DNA of 36,406 nucleotides from Christensenellales bacterium (GTDB taxonomy: Bacteria; Bacillota; Clostridia; Christensenellales; SZUA-584), in NCBI GenBank assembly GCA_050943225.1, contig JBMNOT010000001.1, positions 1 through 36,406 of the forward strand. Reading direction: 5' to 3'. A program made the translations under genes and the position numbers. Positions 9,437-18,913 of the stretch are shown piece by piece (position 1 is the first letter of the stretch; every line of letters starts with the position of its first letter). Below the pieces are notes generated by a model. It searched no databases and was not told where the DNA came from. It saw only the letters and a list, made by a program, of their open reading frames with translations.

Positions 9437-11121
9437 GATACATCCTCCGTCGTGTACAAATACCATGACGGGATGGTCCAGAACAGGTTGCGGTCGCGCA
9501 TGCCAGACGCTATGTTGATATCCGCCTTATAGAGCAGCGAATTGGTACGAAAATACAGCCCGATATGCGGCATCGTGGCGAGGAACCGCTCTTCGAGCGC
9601 GAGATAGCCGGCCTTCGTCAGTCCGGCATCCGTCGCGGCCTTGCAGGACTCAAGCAGCATGTCCATTTCTGTGTCGGAAAAACCTCCGTAGTTGAGGTGG
9701 CCGCCCGTACCCACCAGCGGCGTGATGTCTGGGTTGACATCCAGATAAAATGAGCACAGCGCCAGCTCAAAAGCTCTGGTGTCCAGGGCTTGCCTGTATA
9801 CGTCCGGATCCAGCAGGTTGACCGTCGCATCCATGCCGCAGGCTTTGATCTGCGCAACAATGTTGTCCGCGACGTCCAAGCGGTAAGGCTCATCGGTGTC
9901 ATTGGGAACCAGTATCTGAAATTTCAGCTCCGTAATCTGGTCGCCATTTATCTGCTCGACAATGCCGTTATTGTCCCGGTCCTTCCAGCCCGACAGTTCC
10001 AGCGCCTCCAATGCCTTCTGCTGGTTGTACTCGTAGATATTGGTGGAACCGCCCGAAAGAAATGAATCGGGCGGAATGGGATAGTCCACCGCTACGGCAT
10101 GTCCCAAAAGCGCCTTGGCGATGATATCCCTCTTGTCCAGCGCATAGGCCAGCGCCTGCCGCAGGTTGACGTCGCCGAACAGCCCCTCGATGTTGGGTAC
10201 CAGGCAGTCGTAATACTGCGTCTGGTAATCCACATATTCCACTTCCTCGAACTTCTGATAGGTGTCTACCGTGAGTTCGGATGTGGTGACGATATCCAAC
10301 AGGTTCTGGTCGAACGAGCTCATCTCAGCGTCATGGTCGGGCAGGCCCACCACGTTGAGCTTGCGGATATACGGCTGCTGTTTCCACCACGACGTATTGG
10401 GCTCCAGCGTCATGCCTTCCGGCATTTTATATTCGGACACATAATACGGGCCCGTTCCCAGCGGCACGTCGGTATCGATATTGCCCGACTGGCAGTATGC
10501 CTGACACAATACGGGAAATGTCATGAAGCAGAGCGCCGCGTTGCCTGGCTCCGACATCGTAAGGACGAGCGTATAGTTGTCCACTGCGGTGCAGTCCATA
10601 ATCAGGCTGTTGTATTTCGCGTAGGATGACTCGGCTGTGGTATACGTCCGCAGCAGGTTGATGGTGTACAAAAGATCAGCCGCGGTGAATTCACCCTTAT
10701 CACGCTGCCATTTGACGCCCTTTCTCAGGGTAAACGTCCAGACCGTGCCTGTGGCATCAACCGACCAGGTCTCCACCAGTTCCGGCTGCGGCATGCCGTC
10801 GTTGCCGATGCGGATAGGCTGCTCGTATATCAGCGAAAAGAAGTTATACAGCGCGTAATTCTTCACCTTGAGCGGGTTGTAGGTCGTCCCTTCCTTATTG
10901 GGGATCGCAAACGTCAGCTCTCCGCCGAAGGTCGGCTCCGGCGACTTGACGACAGGCGGCAGCGTATACTGCGGGATGGGCGTCTGCGTCGCCGCGGGTT
11001 CGCCGCTGCCCGGCGCATGGCAGCCCGGCAGAGCGGATATCAGAAAAGCAGCAACAAAACCTGCAGCCAGACGTTTAAAAATCGCTGTAAAGCGCCTTGT
11101 ATATGTCATAGTATTTTTCAA
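9433..11121 (-). CDS. ABC transporter substrate-binding lipoprotein, family 5 (peptide/nickel, OppA/MppA-like)
   Basis: 562 aa with a signal peptide and a lipobox-like ALPGC. The length and sequence are typical of SBP_bac_5. The start is TTG 11121 or ATG 11109, and both overlap the 3' end of the SLT gene. Confidence 0.8.
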   Translation of the reverse strand: MKNTMTYTRRFTAIFKRLAAGFVAAFLISALPGCHAPGSGEPAATQTPIPQYTLPPVVKSPEPTFGGELTFAIPNKEGTTYNPLKVKNYALYNFFSLIYEQPIRIGNDGMPQPELVETWSVDATGTVWTFTLRKGVKWQRDKGEFTAADLLYTINLLRTYTTAESSYAKYNSLIMDCTAVDNYTLVLTMSEPGNAALCFMTFPVLCQAYCQSGNIDTDVPLGTGPYYVSEYKMPEGMTLEPNTSWWKQQPYIRKLNVVGLPDHDAEMSSFDQNLLDIVTTSELTVDTYQKFEEVEYVDYQTQYYDCLVPNIEGLFGDVNLRQALAYALDKRDIIAKALLGHAVAVDYPIPPDSFLSGGSTNIYEYNQQKALEALELSGWKDRDNNGIVEQINGDQITELKFQILVPNDTDEPYRLDVADNIVAQIKACGMDATVNLLDPDVYRQALDTRAFELALCSFYLDVNPDITPLVGTGGHLNYGGFSDTEMDMLLESCKAATDAGLTKAGYLALEERFLATMPHIGLYFRTNSLLYKADINIASGMRDRNLFWTIPSWYLYTTEDVS

Positions 11122-11662
11122 CCCTTATTACGTAGCCCTGCGTTTCCGCGTGACCGATATTGACCAGCTTGCCGTCGTCCTCCAGCCAGTTCTTCACGTT
11201 GGTCGGCCCCGCGTTGTACGCGGCGAACACCTTGATAAGGTCACCGTTAAACATATCGGAAAGATACGCCAGGTACCAGCAGCCAATCCGAATATTGACC
11301 TCCGGGTTCCACAGGCTGTCCGCCGTATAGTCACCGATGCCGATCTTTTCCGCCGCCCACGCGCCGGTATCCGGCAATATCTGCATGAGCCCGATGGCGC
11401 CTTTTTTTGATTCAGCCTTTTCGTTGAACCGGCTTTCGGTTCGGATGATGGCAGCGATATGGTACTCGTCTATGCCTTTCTCTTTAAGTGAAAATTCCTT
11501 GCTGTACCGGACAATCAAATCCTGATATTTGAGCGGAAAATAGATGTCCACACCCAAGCGCAGCGCTATCCCTACGCCCCATATCAGCACCAGGCACAGC
11601 ACCAGCCATGCTTTTTTATGTTTTGCCGGCAGCTCGCGGTATCTCCGCCTGCTTTTAGCCAT
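11075..11662 (-). CDS. Membrane-anchored lytic transglycosylase (SLT domain)
   Basis: 195 aa with an N-terminal TM helix. The catalytic ES motif sits in IIRTESRFNEKAESKKGAIGLMQI, and AYNAGPTNV is also present. Confidence 0.85.
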   Translation of the reverse strand: MAKSRRRYRELPAKHKKAWLVLCLVLIWGVGIALRLGVDIYFPLKYQDLIVRYSKEFSLKEKGIDEYHIAAIIRTESRFNEKAESKKGAIGLMQILPDTGAWAAEKIGIGDYTADSLWNPEVNIRIGCWYLAYLSDMFNGDLIKVFAAYNAGPTNVKNWLEDDGKLVNIGHAETQGYVIRVEKYYDIYKALYSDF

Positions 11663-11667
11663 TTTAT

Positions 11668-12258
11668 CTACCTCACATACCCTCTCTGACGCAGCAGCTC
11701 ACCGATTCTTTCGTGCAATTGCTCCAGAGTTCCGTTGTTCTCAATCACTTCGTTCGCATAGCGCCGCATTTCCTCGTCGCTCATCTGAGCACGAATTCGC
11801 CGCAGCACCTCATCGCGAGCAAGCCCGTCCCGCTGCATCACGCGCCGTATGCGCGTCTCCAAATCGGCTGTTACCAGCCACACCTCATCGACTTTATTAT
11901 GCATGCCCGCCTGTATCAGCAGCGCCGCATCCAGAATAACAAGGTCGTCTCTCCCCTGCACCTGTTCAAACATGCGCTGGATGATGATGGGATGCAGCAG
12001 ACTGTTGAGCCGCTTCACGCGCTCCGGATGGCCGAATACGTAAGCTGCCAGTTTCTTTCTGTCCAGCGCGCCGTCCGGCAGGAAAAAGCCTTCGCCGTAC
12101 TCGGCAAGCAGCGCTTCTGCGCCCGGCTCGCCGGGTCTTACCACCTCGCGCGCCGTCTCATCCGCGCATACTACGAAATATCCCCGTTCCCGAAGGTCCT
12201 GCGTTACGGCCGACTTGCCGGAACCTATGCCGCCTGTGATGCCGATCAGCGCGTTCAT
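11668..12258 (-). CDS. coaE: Dephospho-CoA kinase
   Basis: 196 aa. The P-loop is GITGGIGSGKS, and the CoaE-like body includes LLHPII. The start overlaps the polA stop (ATGA). Confidence 0.9.
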   Translation of the reverse strand: MNALIGITGGIGSGKSAVTQDLRERGYFVVCADETAREVVRPGEPGAEALLAEYGEGFFLPDGALDRKKLAAYVFGHPERVKRLNSLLHPIIIQRMFEQVQGRDDLVILDAALLIQAGMHNKVDEVWLVTADLETRIRRVMQRDGLARDEVLRRIRAQMSDEEMRRYANEVIENNGTLEQLHERIGELLRQRGYVR

Positions 12259-14804
12259 TTCGCATCCAGCCAGTTGTCGCCCACCGCCACCTGCGCCTCA
12301 AACGGCACGTCGATGACATAGGCGTTTTCCATGCATTCCTTGAGCAGCGCGGATACAGCGGTTACCTCATCCTCCGCCGCGTCGATTACCAGTTCGTCGT
12401 GCACCTGCAGTATCAGCTTGGACTTATACCCGCCGTCGCGCAGCTTTTCCCATACGTCGATCATCGCCAGCTTGATGATGTCCGCGGCTGTGCCCTGTAT
12501 CGGCGTGTTGAGCGCGGCGCGCTCGCCAAAGGAGCGTATATTGTAATTGCTGGAGCGCAGCTCAGGCAGATAGCGCCGCCGCCCCAGCATCGTGGTGACA
12601 TAGCCCTGCGCCTTGGCCTGCGCGATAATTTCGTCCATATACCGCCTCACGCCCGGAAACCGCGCAAAATACCGCTTAATGTAGTTAGCCGCCACTTTTA
12701 CCGGAATGCCCAGGCTGCGCGCGAGGCCGAAGTCGCTGATGCCGTAGACAATGCCGAAGTTGACGGCTTTGGCGCTGCGGCGCATTTCGGGCGTCACCAT
12801 GTCCAGAGGCACGCCGAACACCTCGGAGGCGGTACGCGTGTGGATATCTACGCCGGAGGAGAATGCGTCCTTCATCACCTCGTCGCCGGATATCGAAGCC
12901 AAAATGCGCAGCTCGATCTGCGAGTAATCGGCCGATACCAGCTTGCGCCCCGGCGCCGACGGCAGGAACAGCCGGCGTATTTCCCGCCCTTCCTGCGTGC
13001 GCACCGGGATGTTCTGCAGATTGGGCTCCTTGCTGGAAATGCGACCCGTCACGGTAGAGATCTGAACAAATGTTGTGTGCACAAAGCCGTTTTCATCGGC
13101 GATTTTGCGCAGCCCGTCGAGGTAAGTGCTCTTAATCTTGGTCAGCCGCCGATATTCGATCAGCTTTTCGATTACCGGATGCTTGTCGATAAGGCTCTCC
13201 AGCACCTCGATGTCGGTGGAATAGCCGGTCTTTCGCTTCTTGCCCGAGGGCAGGCCCAGCTTTTCAAAAAGCACCAGCCCCAGCTGCTTTGTCGAATTGA
13301 TGTTGAATTCGCCGCACCCGCAAAGCTCATAAATCTCCTCAGTCAGGTTGTCGATTTGGGCGGACAGTTTTTCGTCATAAGCTTTAAGCTCTTTTAAGTC
13401 AATACGGAAACCGGTGCGCTCCATATCGAGCAGCACGCGCGTGAGCGGCATCTCGATATTGTTATAGACGTACCAGAGGGCATCGTCTTTCAGCTTCTGT
13501 TCCTGTACTTTATTCAGCCCCGCGATGGCCGCGGCATTGCCGGCAAGGCCGTAGTTTTCCGCCAGCTTCGGCAGCGATATCCCGGCCTCGGAGGAGTTGA
13601 TCACATATTCCGCAAGCGCCGTATCGAAAAGCACACCCTTCAGCGTGATGCCGTAGTCGTACAGCATTGCGGAAGTCTGCTTGGCATCGTGCAGCAGCTT
13701 GGGGCAGGCGGCATCCTCCAGCAGCGGTTTCATGACGCCGAGAATGATACCGAACGAGAATTCGGTGTTAAGCAGCGAATGCTCGGTTATCACCTGATAC
13801 TCGCGGCTGTCGGAAAACGCGATCGTCAGGCTGTCTCCAAAATGTATGGCTACATGCTCTTTAACTTTGGCATCGTCCAGCAATCGTTGTAGCGCATCCC
13901 GTGACGTTACCGGTACCACGTCGATTTCTTTTTTGACCGTCTCCTTCGGGGCGATGCGCTTGAGCAGCGAATAAAACTCCAGCTCGCTGAAAACTTCTTG
14001 AACTTTTTCGCCTGTAAAGCCTACAAAGAACAGTTCTTCTATCGATACGTCCAGCGGCACCGACGGGTCTATCCTGGCAAGCGACTGGCTTAAATAAGCA
14101 AGCTCCCTGTTTTCCGCCAGTTTTTCCTTCAGCTTACCCTTTATCTCGTCCAAATGGTCATATACCCCATCCATGCTGCCGTAGGTGTGCAGCAGCGACA
14201 GCGCCGTCTTTTCCCCCACTCCAGGCACGCCGGGGATATTGTCCGACGCGTCGCCCATAAAACCTTTGAGGTCCACAATCTGAGCGGGCAGCAGCTTGTA
14301 GGTATCGTACAGCTTCTGCGTGTCGAAAAATTCGATTTCGCTGACGCCCTTGCGCGTCAGCATCACCCGGCACGAGTCGGACACCAGCTGAAGCGCGTCC
14401 TTGTCTCCCGTCAGCAGCAAAGTATCCATGCCGTTTTTGGCCGCCACGCCGGCCAAATGGCCCAGTATGTCGTCCGCCTCATAGCCATCCTGTTCCAGAA
14501 CGGCGATGTTGAGGTTATGAAGCGCGGCTTTCAGCGTATCGAACTGCGGAATGAGCTCGGGGGGAGTCGGTTTGCGCTTGCCCTTATATTCGTCGAAAAT
14601 ATCGTGCCGGAAGGTCTTCCCTTTTTTATCGAACGCGATGGCGAGATGATCGGGCTGGTGTACTGATATCGCGTTTATCAGCATCGAAAAGAAACCAAAG
14701 ACGGCATTGGTGTAGGTGCCATCCTTTCGGGTGAGCAGCGGTAATGCATAAAAAGCCCGATGCATCAGGCTGTTTCCGTCAACGGCCATCAGTGTTTTTT
14801 TCAT
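12255..14804 (-). CDS. polA: DNA polymerase I
   Basis: It has a 5'-3' exonuclease domain (DGNSLMHRAFYA..., GVPGVGEKTA). The central 3'-5' exo-like domain appears to lack the DxE motif (VAIHFGDS), as in Bst-type enzymes. Family A polymerase motifs are present (DYSQIELRILA, RRSAKAVNFGIVYG, QVHDELV). Start set to ATG 14804, with AGGAG 5 nt upstream. Confidence 0.95.
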   Translation of the reverse strand: MKKTLMAVDGNSLMHRAFYALPLLTRKDGTYTNAVFGFFSMLINAISVHQPDHLAIAFDKKGKTFRHDIFDEYKGKRKPTPPELIPQFDTLKAALHNLNIAVLEQDGYEADDILGHLAGVAAKNGMDTLLLTGDKDALQLVSDSCRVMLTRKGVSEIEFFDTQKLYDTYKLLPAQIVDLKGFMGDASDNIPGVPGVGEKTALSLLHTYGSMDGVYDHLDEIKGKLKEKLAENRELAYLSQSLARIDPSVPLDVSIEELFFVGFTGEKVQEVFSELEFYSLLKRIAPKETVKKEIDVVPVTSRDALQRLLDDAKVKEHVAIHFGDSLTIAFSDSREYQVITEHSLLNTEFSFGIILGVMKPLLEDAACPKLLHDAKQTSAMLYDYGITLKGVLFDTALAEYVINSSEAGISLPKLAENYGLAGNAAAIAGLNKVQEQKLKDDALWYVYNNIEMPLTRVLLDMERTGFRIDLKELKAYDEKLSAQIDNLTEEIYELCGCGEFNINSTKQLGLVLFEKLGLPSGKKRKTGYSTDIEVLESLIDKHPVIEKLIEYRRLTKIKSTYLDGLRKIADENGFVHTTFVQISTVTGRISSKEPNLQNIPVRTQEGREIRRLFLPSAPGRKLVSADYSQIELRILASISGDEVMKDAFSSGVDIHTRTASEVFGVPLDMVTPEMRRSAKAVNFGIVYGISDFGLARSLGIPVKVAANYIKRYFARFPGVRRYMDEIIAQAKAQGYVTTMLGRRRYLPELRSSNYNIRSFGERAALNTPIQGTAADIIKLAMIDVWEKLRDGGYKSKLILQVHDELVIDAAEDEVTAVSALLKECMENAYVIDVPFEAQVAVGDNWLDAK

Positions 14805-14845
14805 ATCGGCTCCTGCTGGAAAATCCATAATACAAAGTATAGTTT

Positions 14846-14874
14846 ATTGTGACCGCTTATGCAACCTCTTAGCC
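14846..14874 (-). promoter_or_regulatory. Putative sigma-A promoter for polA-coaE and downstream genes
   Basis: The minus strand reads TTGCAT-17 nt-TATACT, about 40 nt upstream of the polA ATG. Confidence 0.5.
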
Positions 14875-14883
14875 GGGACCGCA

Positions 14884-14916
14884 GGATAAAAAAAGAGTCG
14901 CGATTCGCATCACGAC
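14884..14916 (-). terminator. Rho-independent terminator after ispH/rpsA
   Basis: Minus-strand RNA is GUCGUGAU-GCGA-AUCGCGAC followed by UCUUUUUUUAUCC. The U-G wobble pair forms only in the minus-strand transcript. Confidence 0.7.
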
Positions 14917-14992
14917 CAATGTAAAGGGGGTCTTAATATATTTTGTGAGGTCACTTATAATTATTACCAGAATCCAGAGGATTATTCAAGAG

Positions 14993-17245
14993 TTAATCAT
15001 CTTTTTTTGGGAAAAACTCTGCCAAAGAAACCGTGGATTCCTGAACCGGAGGAATTTCATAGTGGAAATCTTCCTCTTGATCAAAATTGGCCTTCTTTGC
15101 AGGACGCTCTTCCACCGGCATCAGTGCACGGCGCGACAGGCTGATCTTGCGCTTGTCGGCATTGACTTCAAGCACCTTGGCTTCTATCTCATCGCCGATG
15201 CGCAGCTCATCCTCTACCTTGTCCAGCCGACGGTTGGACACCTGCGAGATGTGAATCAGGCCGTCCACTGTGGGTTCAAGCTGCACGAAAGCGCCGAACG
15301 GCACAATGCGCACGACCTTACCCCGGACGATATCGCCGGCATGGTACTTCTCGGGCACAAGATCCCACGGCTTGGGCAAGAGCTGCTTGTAGCCCAGCGC
15401 GATCCTCTTCTTGGACGGGTCGACGTTGAGTATCACGAGCTCCATCTCCTGGCCTTCCGATACCACGTCGGTCGGATGCTTCACGCGAGCCCACGCCATA
15501 TCCGAAATGTGCAGCAAGCCGTCCACGCCGCCGACATCCACAAAGGCGCCGAAATCCGTCAGGCGCTTGACAACGCCTTTCACGCGATCGCCCTTTTTTA
15601 AGCTCTCCCAAAGCGCTTTTTCCTTCTCTTTTTTCTCTTTAAGCAGCACCGTCTTGTGAGACGCCACCAGGCGCTCCTGTTTCTTGTCGGCATCGATCAG
15701 CGTGACTTCAAGCTCCTGGCCCTCAAACTGCTTTAAGTCTTCCACATATTTAAGCGACAACTGGGAAGCAGGAATAAAAGCGTTGTAGCCTTCGATCTTG
15801 GTGGTGACGCCGCCTTTCACGGCTTTTTTGACGACACATTTGTAAAGTATGTCTGTGCCGACATTTTGCTGAATCTTAAGCCAGTTCAGTTTCTTCTCGA
15901 CGCGCTTTCTGGAGAGAAGGATATTGCCTTCGCCGTCGTTGAGGTTGATAACTTCAGCCTCGATCTCGTCACCGATGTTGTAAACATCTTTGGGGTTAAT
16001 ATCGTGCAGCGACAATTCGCTTTTTGGAATTATGCCATCCGATTTATATCCAATATTAACATAAACGTCTTCATCAGTGATCTGAACGATATTGCCCTTG
16101 ACAATCTGTCCCTTTTTCAGTCGGACAACCTTCTCCAACCCTTCAAGAAACTCGTTTTTTTCGTCAGATTGTTTTGCAGGTGCGTTGTTCTCTACTTGCG
16201 CTGTTTCCATATCGTCAGTTGCTGTAGCTTCAGATACGACTTCGTTTGCAGTGTCTACCGTAGCTTCAACCGTTTCCTTCAACGTCGGGTCCAGAGCCAC
16301 ACCCGGTTCCTTATCGACAGGCACCTCTTCAGCAATCTGGGTAACTGCAGAGATGCCCGCCATGTCGCTGGCTGCGGTTTCCTGGCTCGGAATGTCCTCG
16401 CCTTCCTCCTGCAGCGCTTTTTCATTTTCCATCATGTAGTCAAAAACCTCCCTAATCATCGTATCCGGCGTTGAAGCACCGGAGACAATGCCTATTATAT
16501 CACCTAGATGCATTTTTTCAAGTAATAGTTCATTTTTGTGCTCAATATGATAGACATTTTTACAGCTTTTTCGACACAGTTCATAAAGCTTGCGCGTGTT
16601 GGAGCTTTGCCGGCCGCCCACAACAATGATAGTATCCACGATTTTTGCGATCTCAGCTGCCTCTTCCTGGCGCTGCTGCGTGGCCGAGCAGATGCTCATG
16701 AACGGAATGATACGTTCGACGCGGGATTCCAGCGCGGCAAGAAGCTGCTCCCATTTTTCCTGCGTAATCGTCGTCTGAGCCACCACCACAGCCTCATCCA
16801 TATGAGGCAGTGCGGCAACCTCTTCCTCGCTGTTCACCACAAACGCGCCGCTGCCCGCCCATCCGATAGTGCCGATCACTTCTGGGTGCCCTTTCTCGCC
16901 CACGATGATAACGCGCTGGCCTGCTTCGGCAGCAGCGCGCACGCGCTCATGAATACGTTTCACAAAAGGGCATGTCGCGTCAATATACGCGATACCGCGC
17001 GTTTTCAGCGCGTCGTATACCTCGGGCGAGGCGCCGTGGGAACGTATCACCACAGCAGCGCCTTCCGGCACGTCCTCCACGCGCTCGATACAGGCCACGC
17101 CGCGTTTCTCCAGCGAACGCACAACGTCGCGATTATGAATGAGCGGGCCCAGCGTTACGATGTTCTCCCCGATATGGGTTTCCACCGCATCCACGGCCCG
17201 CTTGACTCCAAAGCAAAAACCAGCATTTTTCGCAAGTATGACCAA
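14993..17245 (-). CDS. ispH: Bifunctional 4-hydroxy-3-methylbut-2-enyl diphosphate reductase (IspH) / ribosomal protein S1 fusion
   Basis: aa 1-~283 are IspH (GFCFGVKRAV, conserved Cys positions, SSNT). aa ~284-372 are an acidic, Thr/Glu-rich linker. aa ~373-735 hold four S1 repeats (for example GDRVKGVVKRLTDFGAFVDVGGVDGLLHISDMA). The start is TTG at 17245, with AAGGAG 7 nt upstream. Confidence 0.9.
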   Translation of the reverse strand: MVILAKNAGFCFGVKRAVDAVETHIGENIVTLGPLIHNRDVVRSLEKRGVACIERVEDVPEGAAVVIRSHGASPEVYDALKTRGIAYIDATCPFVKRIHERVRAAAEAGQRVIIVGEKGHPEVIGTIGWAGSGAFVVNSEEEVAALPHMDEAVVVAQTTITQEKWEQLLAALESRVERIIPFMSICSATQQRQEEAAEIAKIVDTIIVVGGRQSSNTRKLYELCRKSCKNVYHIEHKNELLLEKMHLGDIIGIVSGASTPDTMIREVFDYMMENEKALQEEGEDIPSQETAASDMAGISAVTQIAEEVPVDKEPGVALDPTLKETVEATVDTANEVVSEATATDDMETAQVENNAPAKQSDEKNEFLEGLEKVVRLKKGQIVKGNIVQITDEDVYVNIGYKSDGIIPKSELSLHDINPKDVYNIGDEIEAEVINLNDGEGNILLSRKRVEKKLNWLKIQQNVGTDILYKCVVKKAVKGGVTTKIEGYNAFIPASQLSLKYVEDLKQFEGQELEVTLIDADKKQERLVASHKTVLLKEKKEKEKALWESLKKGDRVKGVVKRLTDFGAFVDVGGVDGLLHISDMAWARVKHPTDVVSEGQEMELVILNVDPSKKRIALGYKQLLPKPWDLVPEKYHAGDIVRGKVVRIVPFGAFVQLEPTVDGLIHISQVSNRRLDKVEDELRIGDEIEAKVLEVNADKRKISLSRRALMPVEERPAKKANFDQEEDFHYEIPPVQESTVSLAEFFPKKDD

Positions 17246-17256
17246 CTGTAAGCTCC

Positions 17257-17844
17257 TTAAAAAGTTGTGTTACGCATATCCTTGAGATTGTTTTCAAGGA
17301 ACCGGGTGGCGGCTTCTACCGTCGCCTGGTCCGTCTTATTGCCCACATAATCGCTCAGCATGATGGGCTCGCCGATGATTACCTTCATCCGGCGGAACAG
17401 CTTATACTGCCCCTTGATATACACCGGGATTACCGGCGCGTTGTTTTTCAGAGCGATCATCGCTGTACCCGGCTCGAACAGCCCAATCTCCCCAGTTTTG
17501 ATGCGAGTGCCTTCAGGGAATATGCCAAACAGATTCTCCGCTTTTAGTATCTTGAACGCATGCCGGATGGCGGCTAAGTCACCTTCTCCGCGCCGCACCG
17601 GAAAAGCCTTAACAGCTTTAAAAAACATGCGCGCGATCCTGCTCTTGAACAGCTCTATTTTGCCCATCCAGTAGACCTGCCGCCTAAAAACCACCGCAAT
17701 GAGAAACGGGTCCCAAAAGCTGGAATGATTGGCAATGACGACCGCCCGTCCCTTATGGCGCGTATTCTTTTTACCGATTATTTTAGGCAAAAACAGCAGA
17801 TATATGATGGGCTTGCCTATCAATCTTAATATTTGATATAACAT
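17257..17844 (-). CDS. plsC: 1-acyl-sn-glycerol-3-phosphate acyltransferase
   Basis: The HX4D motif (NHSSFWDP) and FPEGTR motif are present. ATG 17844 has AGGAG 5 nt upstream. The track ORF starts two codons earlier at a GTG that overlaps the cmk stop. Confidence 0.85.
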   Translation of the reverse strand: MLYQILRLIGKPIIYLLFLPKIIGKKNTRHKGRAVVIANHSSFWDPFLIAVVFRRQVYWMGKIELFKSRIARMFFKAVKAFPVRRGEGDLAAIRHAFKILKAENLFGIFPEGTRIKTGEIGLFEPGTAMIALKNNAPVIPVYIKGQYKLFRRMKVIIGEPIMLSDYVGNKTDQATVEAATRFLENNLKDMRNTTF

Positions 17845-17846
17845 GT

Positions 17847-18509
17847 TCACTCCTGTTTGAGCTTGGACAAGACGAGACTTAAAACCGCATCCGCGTCCAA
17901 ATAGGTGGCGTCGATAAGTATGGCGTCGTCCGCTTTTTTCAGCGGCGCAAGCGCCCGCGAGGAATCGTTGGCGTCCCTTTGCAGCATCTCGCTTAAAACG
18001 TCGTTGTAATCTTTGTGGATGCCTTTGGCCAACAGCTCAGCATGGCGGCGGCGCGCCCGTTCGGCAGGGTCGGCAGTCAGGAAGAATTTATTAGGCGCGT
18101 CCGGCAGCACATAGGTGCCGATATCGCGGCCGTCCAGCACGACGTCGTATTGCTTTGCTACCTCGCGCTGCATTTCGACCAGCTTCTTCCTCACGCACGG
18201 AAGTGCAGATATATCCGATGCGGCGGTGGACATCTCCGGCGTCCGGATGTACGGCATCACATTGACACCGTTCAGCAGTATCTGCTGCTCGCCGTTCACA
18301 TACACCGTCTTTAAGTCGATATCCTCAAGCAGCCGCGCAACCGCTTGTTCATCTTTTACGTTGATGCCGGCGGAAACCGCTGTATAGGCTACCGCCCGGT
18401 ACATGGCTCCGGTATCCAGATAGTGGATATTAAGAGACCGGGCAAGCGCTTTGGCCAGGGTGCTCTTTCCAGCCCCGGCCGGTCCGTCAATCGCAATATT
18501 GAGTCTCAT
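17847..18509 (-). CDS. cmk: Cytidylate kinase
   Basis: 220 aa. P-loop AIDGPAGAGKST and LDTGAMYRA match Cmk. The start overlaps the upstream stop (ATGA). Confidence 0.95.
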   Translation of the reverse strand: MRLNIAIDGPAGAGKSTLAKALARSLNIHYLDTGAMYRAVAYTAVSAGINVKDEQAVARLLEDIDLKTVYVNGEQQILLNGVNVMPYIRTPEMSTAASDISALPCVRKKLVEMQREVAKQYDVVLDGRDIGTYVLPDAPNKFFLTADPAERARRRHAELLAKGIHKDYNDVLSEMLQRDANDSSRALAPLKKADDAILIDATYLDADAVLSLVLSKLKQE

Positions 18510-18913
18510 ATTACCCGATGCCCCAGGCCGATGGCCACTTCGTTAAGGTGTAATAATCCGATGCCAAAAAACATACCCACGACAAGATGCTCGCCATGAC
18601 GGGCGATGCCGATCTTACCGCCCACGTTAAGGCCGATGGCCTTGGAAGTGATCTGTGAAAGAGATTCTCGCGCCGCGCCGGCCACCGCACCTTCTTCATG
18701 ATGCGTTTCGCCGATAATACCTTCGCGCTTGGCCGCCACAACGCAGCATTCCACAATGCGCATTACCGACGTCAGGAACTCTCCGCCAAAATCAACGGCA
18801 GCCACCTTGATATCCAGCTCGGCATACCGGGCCTTGAGCGCTCTTTCTTCTTCGCGGGAAACCGACAACGCCAGCCGAATTGCCGCCCTGGCTACATCCT
18901 TGCTTCCAGGCAT
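18506..18913 (-). CDS. HutP-family protein (hut operon positive regulator-like RNA-binding protein homologue)
   Basis: By eye it aligns along its whole length with B. subtilis HutP, including the C-terminal GIGLLHLNEVAIGLGHRVI versus GLEHETFGVGINHI. Start set to ATG 18913, with GGAGG 6 nt upstream. The longer track ORF (to 18976) lacks an SD. Confidence 0.7.
   Translation of the reverse strand: MPGSKDVARAAIRLALSVSREEERALKARYAELDIKVAAVDFGGEFLTSVMRIVECCVVAAKREGIIGETHHEEGAVAGAARESLSQITSKAIGLNVGGKIGIARHGEHLVVGMFFGIGLLHLNEVAIGLGHRVI

Noticed and set aside
12399-13397. A 332-aa plus-strand ORF inside polA.
   Set aside because: It is an antisense shadow ORF with an Arg/Ala/Gln/His-rich composition. 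polA on the minus strand is unambiguous.
16130-16396. The acidic Thr/Glu-rich segment in IspH-S1, considered as a possible separate gene or repeat array.
   Set aside because: It is in frame with both flanking domains and has no internal stop or start signal. At the DNA level there is no obvious tandem repeat, so it is interpreted as a disordered linker.
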